From: Dehalococcoidia bacterium
Lineage (GTDB): Bacteria; Chloroflexota; Dehalococcoidia; Lucifugimonadales; UBA3495
Length of the DNA stretch: 64,000 nt
NCBI GenBank assembly: GCA_965207865.1
Contig: CBDBNP010000007.1
Coordinates: 399,935 to 463,934 of the forward strand
Direction of reading: 5' to 3'
The translations under genes were made by a program, and so were the position numbers. Positions 53,869-63,322 of the stretch are shown here, in pieces. How positions within the stretch are numbered: position 1 is the first letter of the stretch; the number at the start of each line of letters is the position of its first letter. The notes beneath the pieces were generated by a model. The model did no database searches and was not told the DNA's origin. It saw only the letters and a list, made by a program, of their open reading frames with translations.

Positions 53869-54522
53869 TCATTGCCTCCTGAACAGATAGACGGGCGCCG
53901 AACACGCTGACTTGAACCTCGCCCGGCTCGGCGGCCGGGGAACATCGGACTCCACCATCTCCAGAGTCAGCGGAGTTCCCCGGGCGGTCCTGAAGAACGC
54001 GGCCAGTTCGGATTCCGACGTTTCCATGGACAGGTCTTCTCCGGCGAACACCGCGCATAAGTGATAGTCCGGATCCACAAAAGCGCGCCTGGCATCGTAA
54101 TGCTCGTCATTTACCAGCAGCAGGCCGCCGGAACGAAGGAAGCGCTTGCAGGCCCGGGAAATCAATCCCGCGTTGAGGGAAATGAGCAGGTCAAAGGATC
54201 CCTCCGGCTCGCAAGTGAAGGTGCGGTAATCCAGCTGATAGCAGCCAATTGCCGGGGTTTCCGGGTATTCCCTGTGATCTTCCACGTACCGCCGCAGATT
54301 GGGGTCCGCCAAGGCATCGGCGAATCCCGCCAGGGAATCAACGTAGCAGACATAGGGGAAGTACAAGGACGGCGTGATATGCAGGTAACTACCGGGGTAA
54401 AGTACCCGCCGAACGTGGAAATCATCCCTGATCTTCCGAAATACGGACCGCAGGCCATCATCAGATCCCGGACCGTTCAGGTAACGGGACTTGTAAGCGC
54501 CCAACGGATCACTCATCCGCAT
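53869..54522 (-). CDS. Hypothetical protein, possibly a class I SAM-methyltransferase-like fold
   Basis: VLYPGSYLHITPSLYF and FDLLISLNAG...GGLLLVND loosely resemble MTase motifs I and post-II/IV. No canonical GxGxG motif. Confidence 0.35.
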   Translation of the reverse strand: MRMSDPLGAYKSRYLNGPGSDDGLRSVFRKIRDDFHVRRVLYPGSYLHITPSLYFPYVCYVDSLAGFADALADPNLRRYVEDHREYPETPAIGCYQLDYRTFTCEPEGSFDLLISLNAGLISRACKRFLRSGGLLLVNDEHYDARRAFVDPDYHLCAVFAGEDLSMETSESELAAFFRTARGTPLTLEMVESDVPRPPSRARFKSACSAPVYLFRRQ

Positions 54523-54592
54523 TGCTGTTCAATCCCTGGCACGCAACCTCAACCCGCCGTTGGTGTCGCCATCCTTTATGTCGGCAGGCGGG

Positions 54593-55348
54593 TCAGGCGT
54601 AGGTCAGCAGCGCATCCGCCACTTCCTGGGGGCGTTGCCACATCCCCATATGGCAGGCGTCAATCTCGATCACCTGATCGCTGTTCAGCCGCTCGGCGGT
54701 CCTCCGCTGGGCCTGGCTGGAGACCACCTTGTCCTGGGTAAGCACAACGCAGGACACCGGGGACGCCAGCTCGTCATCCAGCGACACGCCCGAGTTCAGA
54801 AGTCGTGTCGGCAGAGGACCGAAGAACCCAAGAATCTGGACAACCTCCATGGAATCCATGGTGTTGCAAAGATAACTGCTGACAAACTGGTGGGGGTACC
54901 GCAGTTCCTTCCTGGACAGAGAGTTCATCAGCGATAGCATCTTCAGCCCTCGGCCAATGCTTCCGGCGCAGGCGCTGACGAATGTGCGGGAGCCCTCGGG
55001 CACAATCCCGCCCACGATGCAGACGCGCTTGGGCGGGGTTTCCAGGCTGCCCGCGGCCTTCAGAACGATGCCGGCGCCGATGCCATGGCCCACCAGCACC
55101 ACGTCGCGAAGCTGCTCCCGTTCCACAGTGTGCCTGATGGACTCGACGCACTCTTCCACGCGGACAGCGGCGGTGTCACCCTGAGCATCGGGGCCGTGGC
55201 CGGGCAGGTCAATGGTCCGGACGCGGTTGGCGCGACGCGGCTTGTGCAGCCTCGGCGGATGCTCCTCGGGAGCCGTCATCAGGCCCCAGACCTTGCCCCA
55301 CACCCAGGAACCTTGTCCCGCGCCATGCACCAGCAGATAGTCGGTCAT
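54593..55348 (-). CDS. Alpha/beta-hydrolase-fold protein (SABP2/methylesterase-like) lacking the nucleophilic Ser
   Basis: YLLVHGAGQGSWVW... and DACHM (His) are conserved, but the nucleophile elbow reads VLVGHGIGAG (GHGIG instead of GHSxG). Confidence 0.7.
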   Translation of the reverse strand: MTDYLLVHGAGQGSWVWGKVWGLMTAPEEHPPRLHKPRRANRVRTIDLPGHGPDAQGDTAAVRVEECVESIRHTVEREQLRDVVLVGHGIGAGIVLKAAGSLETPPKRVCIVGGIVPEGSRTFVSACAGSIGRGLKMLSLMNSLSRKELRYPHQFVSSYLCNTMDSMEVVQILGFFGPLPTRLLNSGVSLDDELASPVSCVVLTQDKVVSSQAQRRTAERLNSDQVIEIDACHMGMWQRPQEVADALLTYA

Positions 55349-55432
55349 TGTGCTTTATGCTCCGCTTCTGTCTTCATCATTAGACTCCATCATCAGGCCG
55401 CATCACCCACGTTGAAATTCCAGCAATGCCGT

Positions 55433-56794
55433 TCAGGGCGCCAAGGACTGCAGTGCAGACAGCAGGTCCGAGCCCTCATCGGGGCCGACGGTGCGAGGGT
55501 CGAAGAGCACCCTCTCATCCTCGACCCTGGCTACCACTGGAGGCCGGTTCTGCCGCAATCGGTGCATAACTCCGTCCGCACCGCCACTAGTGCCGTCTGC
55601 ATTCAGGGCCAGCACCCATGTAGGCAACGTCTCTCCAGGCAGGCTGCCACCGCCAATGGCTGACCGCGACTCGCAGACATCGTAAGCGCCCGTCAGCATG
55701 GACCGCCAACGTTCGGCGCGTTGGCGTATTTCGTCAGGAGTGGCGGAAATCATACGCCAGACCGGAACCTCTCGCTCGGCCTCACCCTTCAGATAGTGGA
55801 CCAGCGTGGCCGTCAGACTGGCCAGGCTCAGCTTGTCGATGCGCACCGCCCGGGCCAGGGGGTGCCGGGCCAGCCGCGATACCAGATCACGCCGTCCCAC
55901 TACGATGCCTGCCTGCGGGCCTCCCAGCAGTTTGTCGCCCGAGAAGAATGCCAAGCCCATCCCTGCGCTTACGCTTTCCTGGGGCATGGGCTCGTGGACC
56001 AGGCCGTATTTCTCGGTGGGGAGAAGGCTGCCGCTGCCGACGTCATGCAGAACCGCCACGCCCAGCCGGTCGCCCAACTCGGCCAGTTCCCGCATTCCGA
56101 CTTCGGCAGTGAATCCCTCGACGCGGAAATTGCTGGCATGCACTTTCAGATATGCCGCCGTATCCCCGGTCGTGGAGTCCTCATAGTCGCGCAGGTAGGT
56201 TCGGTTGGTGGTACCCACATCGACCAGGGTGGCACCGCTCTGGCGCAACACGTCCGGCACCCGGAAGCCGCCGCCGATCTCCACCGCCTCGGCGCGGGAC
56301 ACGATGACCTCGCGATCTGCCGCCAGCGCCAACAGTCCCAGCAGCACTGCAGAGGCATTGTTGTTCACCGCCAGGGCAGCCTCTGCCCCGGTGATCTGCC
56401 GCAGGAGAGACTCCAGCTGCGCCTGTCGGGAGCCGCGTCTCCCCGAATTGAGGTCAAACTCCAGGTTGGAGTAGCCGAAAGCAGCCTCATCGGCGGCCTG
56501 CATTGCAGCCTTGCTGAGCGGCGCCCGTCCCAAGTTGGTGTGGATCACCACGCCCGTTGCGTTGATCACTCGACGCGGCTCGGCACGCACAACGTCGTCG
56601 GCTCGCTGGCACACCAAGGCGGCCAGTTCATCCAGGCCTGCCGCAGCGTCCCCCTGCCGTATGCGCTCCCGGGCCAGGTCCAGCTCGCTGCGAACCAACT
56701 CAACCACCCACTGGCGGCTGAAGGAGGCAGTCATCGAGGCCACCTGAGGCGTGGCGAGGACATTGTCGACGCTGGGAAGATTTCTGTATTGCAT
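55433..56794 (-). CDS. selA: L-seryl-tRNA(Sec) selenium transferase
   Basis: MQYRNLPSVDNVL N-terminus and FSGDKLLGGPQAGIVVG (PLP-Lys motif). Start at ATG 56794. Confidence 0.9.
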   Translation of the reverse strand: MQYRNLPSVDNVLATPQVASMTASFSRQWVVELVRSELDLARERIRQGDAAAGLDELAALVCQRADDVVRAEPRRVINATGVVIHTNLGRAPLSKAAMQAADEAAFGYSNLEFDLNSGRRGSRQAQLESLLRQITGAEAALAVNNNASAVLLGLLALAADREVIVSRAEAVEIGGGFRVPDVLRQSGATLVDVGTTNRTYLRDYEDSTTGDTAAYLKVHASNFRVEGFTAEVGMRELAELGDRLGVAVLHDVGSGSLLPTEKYGLVHEPMPQESVSAGMGLAFFSGDKLLGGPQAGIVVGRRDLVSRLARHPLARAVRIDKLSLASLTATLVHYLKGEAEREVPVWRMISATPDEIRQRAERWRSMLTGAYDVCESRSAIGGGSLPGETLPTWVLALNADGTSGGADGVMHRLRQNRPPVVARVEDERVLFDPRTVGPDEGSDLLSALQSLAP

Positions 56795-56938
56795 CGGGGT
56801 CCGCGAAGGCAAGTGTGCCGCCGCATATTCTAGCACGGCGACAATGGAGACTCCGCATTGTGAGGATGCAACCCACCTGGCGCAAATATGTGCCCAAGGG
56901 GTGACAATCATCGGCACAGCATTATAGAATTGGAAATC

Positions 56939-57148
56939 ATGCTGAATGTAATTTCCGGCAGCATCGGGCGAGTGGGCGTCTCAAAGGGCAAGATCGCTGT
57001 AATCGCCGTGATAGCGTTCCTGACGCTGACCTTCTTCGCCATCGGTTACTCCGCGGTGGAAAGCGTCGAGGGAAATGCTGCCGCAAGGGGCCAGCAGACT
57101 TCCGAGGGTAGCGAAAACTCCGCTATCTCCGCATTCAAGTTTGTTTGA
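56939..57148 (+). CDS. Hypothetical small membrane protein (69 aa)
   Basis: One TM helix (IAVIAVIAFLTLTFFAIGY). Weak RBS. Followed by a hairpin at 57196-57221. Confidence 0.3.
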   Translation: MLNVISGSIGRVGVSKGKIAVIAVIAFLTLTFFAIGYSAVESVEGNAAARGQQTSEGSENSAISAFKFV

Positions 57149-57195
57149 CCCTTGCACTGAATCCGTCGCCGTCGGCGACGCAGAGAACGAAGGCA

Positions 57196-57221
57196 AAAGG
57201 CGCGAGCCATCTCGCGCCTTT
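57196..57221. terminator. Strong hairpin, probable terminator
   Basis: Perfect 11-bp stem AAAGGCGCGAG-CCAT-CTCGCGCCTTT. T-runs are short on the plus strand and TTTTGCCTT on the minus strand. Confidence 0.5.
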
Positions 57222-57281
57222 GCAGCGTCATGAATTCCTTCCGTTTGACCGAATCGGGGTTGTCCCCAAGGAGATGATCAG

Positions 57282-58520
57282 ATGACAGCAGGGGAGGCGG
57301 GCCTTCCGCCGGAACTTGAGGCCCTGAAACTGACCATACGGCAGATCGTCAAGGACGAGTGCTATCCGCTCGAGGCGGGATATTTGGCCAACCCGACGCA
57401 GGAAGGCGTGGACGACGGCTCCCCCCGGGGCATCGCTGAGGCCCTGCAGGGCATCCTCGGCACGCTGCAGCCGGACCAGTGGGGCCGGTTGAACCAGATT
57501 TCCAAGGACACCGGTATCTACACCTCCTTCGTCCCAGAGGAGTACGGCGGTGGCGGCATGGGAGCCCTGGGCCACGTGGTGCTGGACGAGGAGGTGCACA
57601 AAAGCATAGTCCAGCTGCCCACCTCGCCCGTGCCGATGATGATGATCGGCAACTGCACTCCCGAGCAGGAGCAGGAATACCTGGTCCCGTCAATCAACGG
57701 CGAACTGCACTATGCCTTCGGCCAGACCGAGCCGGAGGCCGGCTCCGACCCGGGCGGAATGATGCAGACCCGCGCCGTGCTGGACGGGGACGACTGGGTC
57801 CTAAACGGCACCAAGACTTTCATCTCGGGAGGAGCCAGCGCCGACTACATCCTGGTGCAGGCGGTGACCGACCCCGAGCTGCGACAGCGGGGCGGCATCA
57901 CCATGTTCATCGTGGACAATCCGAGCCCCGGCCTGTCCTTTGATCCCATCCGCATCTGGATCAACCCGCACAAGAACCAGCAGCACACCATCCACCTGAG
58001 CAACGTGCGGGTACCCCAGACCAAGGTCTTGGGCGAAGTGGGCCGCGGGTTCACGCTGGGACAGAAGTGGCTGGTGCATCACGACCGTTTGCTCCGAGGG
58101 TCCATGGCCCTGGGTATCCTCAGCCGTGCCCTCGAAATGGCCCTTGATTGGGCCAAGCAGCGGGTCACCTACGGGCGGCCCATCGCTGACCGCCAGGCGA
58201 TCCAGTGGATGCTGACCGACGTATACATCGACATAATGACTCTCCGCGCCGCCACCCGAGAGGCCGCCGCCCGCGCCGATGCGGGAGACGACGTTCGGGT
58301 GGAGGCCTCGATGATCAAGTACTGCGCCGGGGAGTGGGGGCACCGCAGCATCGACAAGATCATGCAGGTGTTCGGCGGTACGGGAGAAACCCTCGACCTG
58401 CCCATCGCTCACTGGTACCACCTGCTGCGGCACGCGCGCATCGGCGGAGGGACGTCGGAAATCCACAAGTTCGTGATGGCCCGCGCCCTGCTGGACGGAC
58501 GCGTAAACTACCAGGGCTGA
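57282..58520 (+). CDS. Acyl-CoA dehydrogenase
   Basis: YAFGQTEPEAGSDPGGM...WVLNGTKTFISGG... and C-terminal ...GGTSEIHKFVMAR. RBS AAGGAG 8 nt upstream. Confidence 0.9.
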   Translation: MTAGEAGLPPELEALKLTIRQIVKDECYPLEAGYLANPTQEGVDDGSPRGIAEALQGILGTLQPDQWGRLNQISKDTGIYTSFVPEEYGGGGMGALGHVVLDEEVHKSIVQLPTSPVPMMMIGNCTPEQEQEYLVPSINGELHYAFGQTEPEAGSDPGGMMQTRAVLDGDDWVLNGTKTFISGGASADYILVQAVTDPELRQRGGITMFIVDNPSPGLSFDPIRIWINPHKNQQHTIHLSNVRVPQTKVLGEVGRGFTLGQKWLVHHDRLLRGSMALGILSRALEMALDWAKQRVTYGRPIADRQAIQWMLTDVYIDIMTLRAATREAAARADAGDDVRVEASMIKYCAGEWGHRSIDKIMQVFGGTGETLDLPIAHWYHLLRHARIGGGTSEIHKFVMARALLDGRVNYQG

Positions 58521-58552
58521 GTCTATCTGCCCCAGGAGCATTCATCTTGGCC

Positions 58553-59485
58553 ATGTTGAAAGGACTCGCCAATTATCGTCTCCTGTTCCTTCTGGCTGCC
58601 CTGTCGTTGGTGTTTACCACGGCCTGTTGGGCAGCCGCTATCAAGGGCCCCTTCGACGGAGACGGGAACTACGAGGCAAAGAGAAATTCCGCCAGCGGTG
58701 CCTGGGCCTCGTACAGCGGCGGAAAGTCCAGTTATGGATCCGGCGGCTATGTCGCTCCCTACGACGGTTCCCAGGGCATACACGTCCGGGCCACCGGCAC
58801 CGTCAGTGGCGCCCCCGACCTTGCCATCCTCAGCCTCGGGGTTGAGTCCGTCTCGGACACCGCTTCGGAGGCGCGGGCAGCCGCTGCTGCCGCCATGGAC
58901 GGCGTGATGACCGTTTTGAGGGATGCGGAGATCGAAGACCGGGACATCCAGACTCAGTACTTCAGCATCAGTCCCAGGTACGAGAGCGTCAGGGTCACCG
59001 AGTGTGAAGAGGACAAGGAAGTTGGCCTCGAAAGAATAGGGGAGGGAGAAAACTGCATCACTCGCTGGGAACAGGAACTGGTCGGATATTCCGTCAGCAA
59101 CCAGGTGTCGGTCAAGATACGTGCCCTGGATCAGGCCGGAACAATCATCGATCAGGTCACCGACGCAGCAGGAGACCTTGTGCGGGTCAACGGGATCAGC
59201 TTCACCATCGAGGACATTGATCCGCTGCGAGACCAGGCAAGGAACGAAGCCCTGGCCAAGCTGAGGCAGAACGCCGAGGGCCTGGCCGAACTGGCGGGTG
59301 TTGGACTGGGACGGCTGGTGCACCTGCAGGAACAAACAGCCTACATCGAGCCGCTCCAGCCCGGTTTTGCCCGCACCGCCTTTGCCGCCGAGTCGGCAGC
59401 CGACACATCAATCTCAGCAGGCGAACTGGACGTTTCGGTATCTGCAAATGCCATATACCTGATCACCGAACCGGTCTCTGAATGA
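58553..59485 (+). CDS. SIMPL-domain (DUF541) lipoprotein
   Basis: Lipobox VFTTAC. SIMPL pattern (...GIHVRATGTVSGAPDLAILSLGVES...GYSVSNQVSVKIR...). An alternative TTG start exists at 58547. Confidence 0.75.
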   Translation: MLKGLANYRLLFLLAALSLVFTTACWAAAIKGPFDGDGNYEAKRNSASGAWASYSGGKSSYGSGGYVAPYDGSQGIHVRATGTVSGAPDLAILSLGVESVSDTASEARAAAAAAMDGVMTVLRDAEIEDRDIQTQYFSISPRYESVRVTECEEDKEVGLERIGEGENCITRWEQELVGYSVSNQVSVKIRALDQAGTIIDQVTDAAGDLVRVNGISFTIEDIDPLRDQARNEALAKLRQNAEGLAELAGVGLGRLVHLQEQTAYIEPLQPGFARTAFAAESAADTSISAGELDVSVSANAIYLITEPVSE

Positions 59486-59586
59486 TAGATCTGGGCTTTC
59501 AAAGCCACATTCGCTTGCCGGGCCAGTGCGCCATTGCTAGAATTCGCGCAACTATCCACGGCTACGGACGCTGATAGAAGTTGTAC

Positions 59587-60213
59587 ATGGTACTTAGCGA
59601 CCATACGATCAAGGAGGAGCTGGAAAAAGGCCGAATCGTCATTGACCCCCTCGACCCGGAGGACATTCAGCCCGCGAGTGTAGACCTTCGCCTCGACCGA
59701 AAGATCCTGGTATTTTCCAATTCACGACGGCCCCACATAGACGTGAGGATGAGCATGGACGACCTCACGGAAACCGTGGAGATAGCCGACGAAATTCCGT
59801 TCATCCTGCATCCCGGCGAGTTCGTCCTCGGCAGCACCCTGGAGCACATCGAGCTACCGGACGACCTGGTGGCACGGCTGGAGGGAAAGAGCAGCTTGGG
59901 ACGGATTGGCCTGGTAATTCACTCCACGGCAGGCTTCGTAGACCCCGGGTGGAAGGGGCACCTGACGCTGGAGCTGAGCAACCTGGCCCGGCTGCCCATC
60001 ACGCTGTACTACGGCATGAAAATCGGCCAGATCTCGTACCTGCGCCTCACCACCCCCGCCGACCGGCTTTACGGTTCCGAGGGTCTCGGCAGCAAGTACC
60101 AGGGCCAGACGGACCCCACGGCAAGCCGATTCTCCCAGGAATTCTCGGGCCCAGGCACCCCAATTCGGACTTCCTCTCCGAATTCAGGCCGCACCCCTCG
60201 GGGCAGCAGCTAG
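59587..60213 (+). CDS. dcd: dCTP deaminase
   Basis: ...[10 protein letters not shown]..., [34 protein letters not shown]. It has a Pro/Ser/Gly/Arg-rich C-terminal extension of about 20 aa. Confidence 0.9.
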   Translation: MVLSDHTIKEELEKGRIVIDPLDPEDIQPASVDLRLDRKILVFSNSRRPHIDVRMSMDDLTETVEIADEIPFILHPGEFVLGSTLEHIELPDDLVARLEGKSSLGRIGLVIHSTAGFVDPGWKGHLTLELSNLARLPITLYYGMKIGQISYLRLTTPADRLYGSEGLGSKYQGQTDPTASRFSQEFSGPGTPIRTSSPNSGRTPRGSS

Positions 60214-60224
60214 AGGGCCGGGAA

Positions 60225-61343
60225 ATGGACTTCATGGACCGGGCCATCCAGTTGGCGCGTTCGGCGTTGGGGTCCACCAGCCCCAATCCGGCCGTCGGCG
60301 CCGTCCTGGTCAAAGCAGGGCAGGTGGTCGGCGAGGGTGCAACCCAGCCGCCCGGCCAGGCCCACGCCGAAATCGTCGCCATACGGCAGGCCGGGAACAG
60401 CGCCCGGAACGCGACACTCTACGTGACCCTGGAGCCCTGCTGCCACTACGGCCGCACTCCTCCCTGCACCGGCGCCATCATCGAGGCCGGGGTGGTGGAA
60501 GTGGTTGTTGGCGTTTCCGACCCCAATCCCGTGGTGGCAGGCAACGGAATCACGGAGTTGCGAGAGGCAGGCATCCCGGTTTCCCTCGTTCACGCCTGTA
60601 TGGACTCGTCGCCGGATGTCCGCGAACTGTACGAGGGATTCGCCAAGCACATCGGGACGGGACTGCCCTACGTTCTGGCCAAGTTCGCAATGAGTCTGGA
60701 CGGGAAGATTGCGACGCACACCGGAGACTCCAAGTGGGTGACGGGGCCCGAGGCGCGTGCATTGGTGCAGTTGATGCGCCGGGAGACGGACGCCATCATG
60801 GTGGGGGCGAATACCATTCTGGCCGATGACCCCCAGCTGACGGCCCGCGGCGACGACAACCGGCCCCTGGAGAGGCAACCCGTCAGGGTCACCCTGGACA
60901 GCCAGTGCCGGATGCCGGTACGCTCCCAGCTGCTTCGGCAGCCCGGCGAGACGCTGGTGTACACCACCGACGCGGCTCCGGCAGGAAACGTCAGCGGCCT
61001 GCTGCGTGCCGGCGCCGAGGTCGTCCTGGTCGGCACCACCAGCGAGGGACTCGTCAGTGCCCCGGAGGTACTGGCGGATCTCGGAAAGCGTGGCATCGTC
61101 AACCTGCTGGTCGAGGGCGGTGGCAAGACCCTCGGCTCGCTCTTCGACGATGGCCTGGTTGACAAGGTGCAGGCATTCGTCGCTCCGGTAATCATCGGCG
61201 GCATCGGGGCCGCCTCGCCGGTGGAAGGGGAAGGCGCCGAGATCATGTCGCGCACTCATCGGCTGAAAGAGACCTCGTTTCGGCAGGTCGGCGCCGACTG
61301 GCTGATCACCGGGTACCCAATGATTCCCACTTTGGGAGAATGA
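60225..61343 (+). CDS. ribD: Bifunctional riboflavin biosynthesis protein RibD (pyrimidine deaminase/uracil reductase)
   Basis: HAEIVA...TLEPCCHYGRTPPC deaminase zinc motif plus a reductase domain. ATG 60225 lies 7 nt after GAGGG. Confidence 0.9.
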   Translation: MDFMDRAIQLARSALGSTSPNPAVGAVLVKAGQVVGEGATQPPGQAHAEIVAIRQAGNSARNATLYVTLEPCCHYGRTPPCTGAIIEAGVVEVVVGVSDPNPVVAGNGITELREAGIPVSLVHACMDSSPDVRELYEGFAKHIGTGLPYVLAKFAMSLDGKIATHTGDSKWVTGPEARALVQLMRRETDAIMVGANTILADDPQLTARGDDNRPLERQPVRVTLDSQCRMPVRSQLLRQPGETLVYTTDAAPAGNVSGLLRAGAEVVLVGTTSEGLVSAPEVLADLGKRGIVNLLVEGGGKTLGSLFDDGLVDKVQAFVAPVIIGGIGAASPVEGEGAEIMSRTHRLKETSFRQVGADWLITGYPMIPTLGE

Positions 61344-61358
61344 AGGAGCAGTGGCGCT

Positions 61359-61934
61359 ATGTTTACTGGCATAGTCGAAGAAGTCGGCTCCGTAGTAGCG
61401 ATCAGCAACAACGGCATGACAGTTCGGGCAGAGAAGGTGATGTCCGACCTCAAGCTGGGCGACAGCATTGCCGTGAACGGCGCGTGTCTGACAGCAGTCT
61501 CCATCGGCGACTCTGAGTTCTCCGTCGACCTGTCGCCCGAGACGATGCGGCGTACCTCCCTGGGGGACCTGACGCCCGGAGGCATCGTAAACCTCGAACG
61601 GGCACTATCTGCCAGCGACCGGATGGGAGGGCACATAGTGCAGGGCCACGTGGACGGCACGGGGCGGGTGACATCCAGCAAAGACGACGGCGATTCGGTG
61701 ATCTACCGGGTCAGGGCTCCCGCCAGGTTGATGCCCTACATCGTCGAAAAGGGCTTTATCGCAGTTGACGGTATAAGTTTGACCGTGGTAAAAGTAGGAA
61801 CTTCCTCGTTCACCCTGGCTGTGATACCATACAGTCTCCATAATACTAACCTGCAAACATTATTGGTCGGCGCAAGGGTGAACCTGGAGGCCGACATTCT
61901 GGCGAAATACGTAGAAAACCTGCTCAAGCGGTAA
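61359..61934 (+). CDS. ribE: Riboflavin synthase
   Basis: MFTGIVEEVG...GDSIAVNGACLT and the duplicated lumazine-binding repeat (...GHIVQGHVDG...). Confidence 0.9.
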   Translation: MFTGIVEEVGSVVAISNNGMTVRAEKVMSDLKLGDSIAVNGACLTAVSIGDSEFSVDLSPETMRRTSLGDLTPGGIVNLERALSASDRMGGHIVQGHVDGTGRVTSSKDDGDSVIYRVRAPARLMPYIVEKGFIAVDGISLTVVKVGTSSFTLAVIPYSLHNTNLQTLLVGARVNLEADILAKYVENLLKR

Positions 61935-61975
61935 CTCCGAGCGGCGGAACCCAAGGCTAGGAAAAGGACTGAGAA

Positions 61976-63181
61976 ATGCCCCTGTGTAGTCTGGAAGAGG
62001 CACTGGACGAACTCAAAGCGGGCAAACTGCTGATTGTAGTGGACGACGAGAACCGGGAGAACGAGGGCGACCTCGTAATGCCGGCGGACACCGTGACCCC
62101 GGAGGCAATCAACTTCATTGTGAAGTATGCCCGGGGTCTGCTTTGTATGCCCATCATTGGCGAGCGGCTCGATGAGCTCCAGATGCCGCTCATGATCAGC
62201 GAGAATGCCGGCAGAAAGGACCAGACTGCCTTCACAATCTCGGTGGACTACAAGGTTGGCACAACCACGGGCATTTCCGCTTTCGACCGCGCCGCTACCG
62301 TGCAGGCGATGATAGATCCCGGAGTCAACGGTGACGATTTCATTCGGCCTGGGCATCTCTTCCCGCTGCGCTATCATCCCGGCGGGGTGCTGGAGCGGCC
62401 GGGCCACACCGAGGCCATCGTGGACCTGTGCAACTTGGCGGGAATGTACCCGGCCGGCATCGTCTGCGAGATGATGAACGAGGATGGGTCGATGTCCCGG
62501 CTGCCGGAGCTGGAGGAATTCGCCGAGGTTCACGACCTCAAGATCCTCAGCATCGCCCAGATAGTTGCCCACCGCCGCCATAGCGAGCGACTGATCGAGC
62601 GGGTCGCCGAAACGCGCCTGCCGACTCGCTACGGGGAATTCAAGGCCATCGGCTACCGCAGCTACTACGACCAGGGCGAGCACATCGCTCTCACCACCGG
62701 GGAATGGAACGCCGACGACCCTGTCCTGGTGCGCATCCACAGCGAGTGCCTGACCGGTGACGTGTTCGGCAGCCAGCGCTGCGACTGCGGGGAGCAGGTG
62801 GAGTTGGCCCTGAAGACCCTCGCGGAGGAGGGCACCGGCGTGCTGCTCTACATGCGCCAGGAGGGCCGGGGCATCGGCCTTCACAACAAGATCAAGGCCT
62901 ATTCCCTGCAGGACCATGGCCTCGACACCGTTGAGGCCAACAAGACGCTGGGCTTCGAGGCCGATATGCGCCACTACGAAGCTGGAGCGCAGATTCTCCT
63001 GGACCTCGGCGTATCAAAGCTACGCTTGCTGACCAACAACCCGGGCAAGGTGGTGGGGCTCTCCGGGTTCGGCCTGGAAATCCAGGACAGGATTCCCCTG
63101 GAAGTCCCGGTAAACGACGAGAACCGCAACTACCTGATCACCAAGAAGCAACGAATGGGGCACCTGCTGGGCAACTGTTAA
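61976..63181 (+). CDS. ribBA: Bifunctional 3,4-dihydroxy-2-butanone-4-phosphate synthase / GTP cyclohydrolase II
   Basis: ...VVDDENRENEGDLV... (DHBP synthase) and HSECLTGDVFGSQRCDCG...YMRQEGRGIGL (GCH II). Confidence 0.95.
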   Translation: MPLCSLEEALDELKAGKLLIVVDDENRENEGDLVMPADTVTPEAINFIVKYARGLLCMPIIGERLDELQMPLMISENAGRKDQTAFTISVDYKVGTTTGISAFDRAATVQAMIDPGVNGDDFIRPGHLFPLRYHPGGVLERPGHTEAIVDLCNLAGMYPAGIVCEMMNEDGSMSRLPELEEFAEVHDLKILSIAQIVAHRRHSERLIERVAETRLPTRYGEFKAIGYRSYYDQGEHIALTTGEWNADDPVLVRIHSECLTGDVFGSQRCDCGEQVELALKTLAEEGTGVLLYMRQEGRGIGLHNKIKAYSLQDHGLDTVEANKTLGFEADMRHYEAGAQILLDLGVSKLRLLTNNPGKVVGLSGFGLEIQDRIPLEVPVNDENRNYLITKKQRMGHLLGNC

Positions 63182-63219
63182 GCCGAGCCAGACTCTCGCC
63201 AAATAACCTCGGATAGACA

Positions 63220-63248
63220 AAGGAGCGGCCGCAGAGGCCGCTCCTTTC
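63220..63248 (+). terminator. Rho-independent-type terminator after ribBA
   Basis: Perfect 12-bp stem AAAGGAGCGGCC-GCAGA-GGCCGCTCCTTT followed by CATTTAC. Confidence 0.65.
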
Positions 63249-63251
63249 ATT

Positions 63252-63284
63252 TACAAGAAACAAGGGCGCACGGTTGTGCGCCCC
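63252..63284 (-). terminator. Rho-independent terminator after prfB
   Basis: GGGCGCAC-GGTT-GTGCGCCC (8 bp). On the minus strand it is followed by TTGTTTCTTGT. Confidence 0.65.
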
Positions 63285-63322
63285 TGTGGTCTTGCCGACT
63301 CGAATAGTTCTTAACCTGAAGG

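Noticed and set aside
60190-60225. The string CCTCGGGGCAG just upstream of ribD resembles the 5' part of the FMN riboswitch core (TTCGGGGCAGGGTGAAATTCCC).
   Set aside because: The similarity stops after about 10 nt, and there is no GGTGAAATTCC or downstream conserved helices. The segment lies inside the dcd coding region, only 20-35 nt before the ribD ATG.
61736-62974. 412-aa minus-strand ORF antisense to ribE/ribBA. Similar cases are 60210-61259 (minus) versus ribD and 57801-58541 (minus) versus the acyl-CoA dehydrogenase.
   Set aside because: The plus-strand genes carry textbook Rib and ACAD motifs, and the antisense frames are GC-artefact ORFs.
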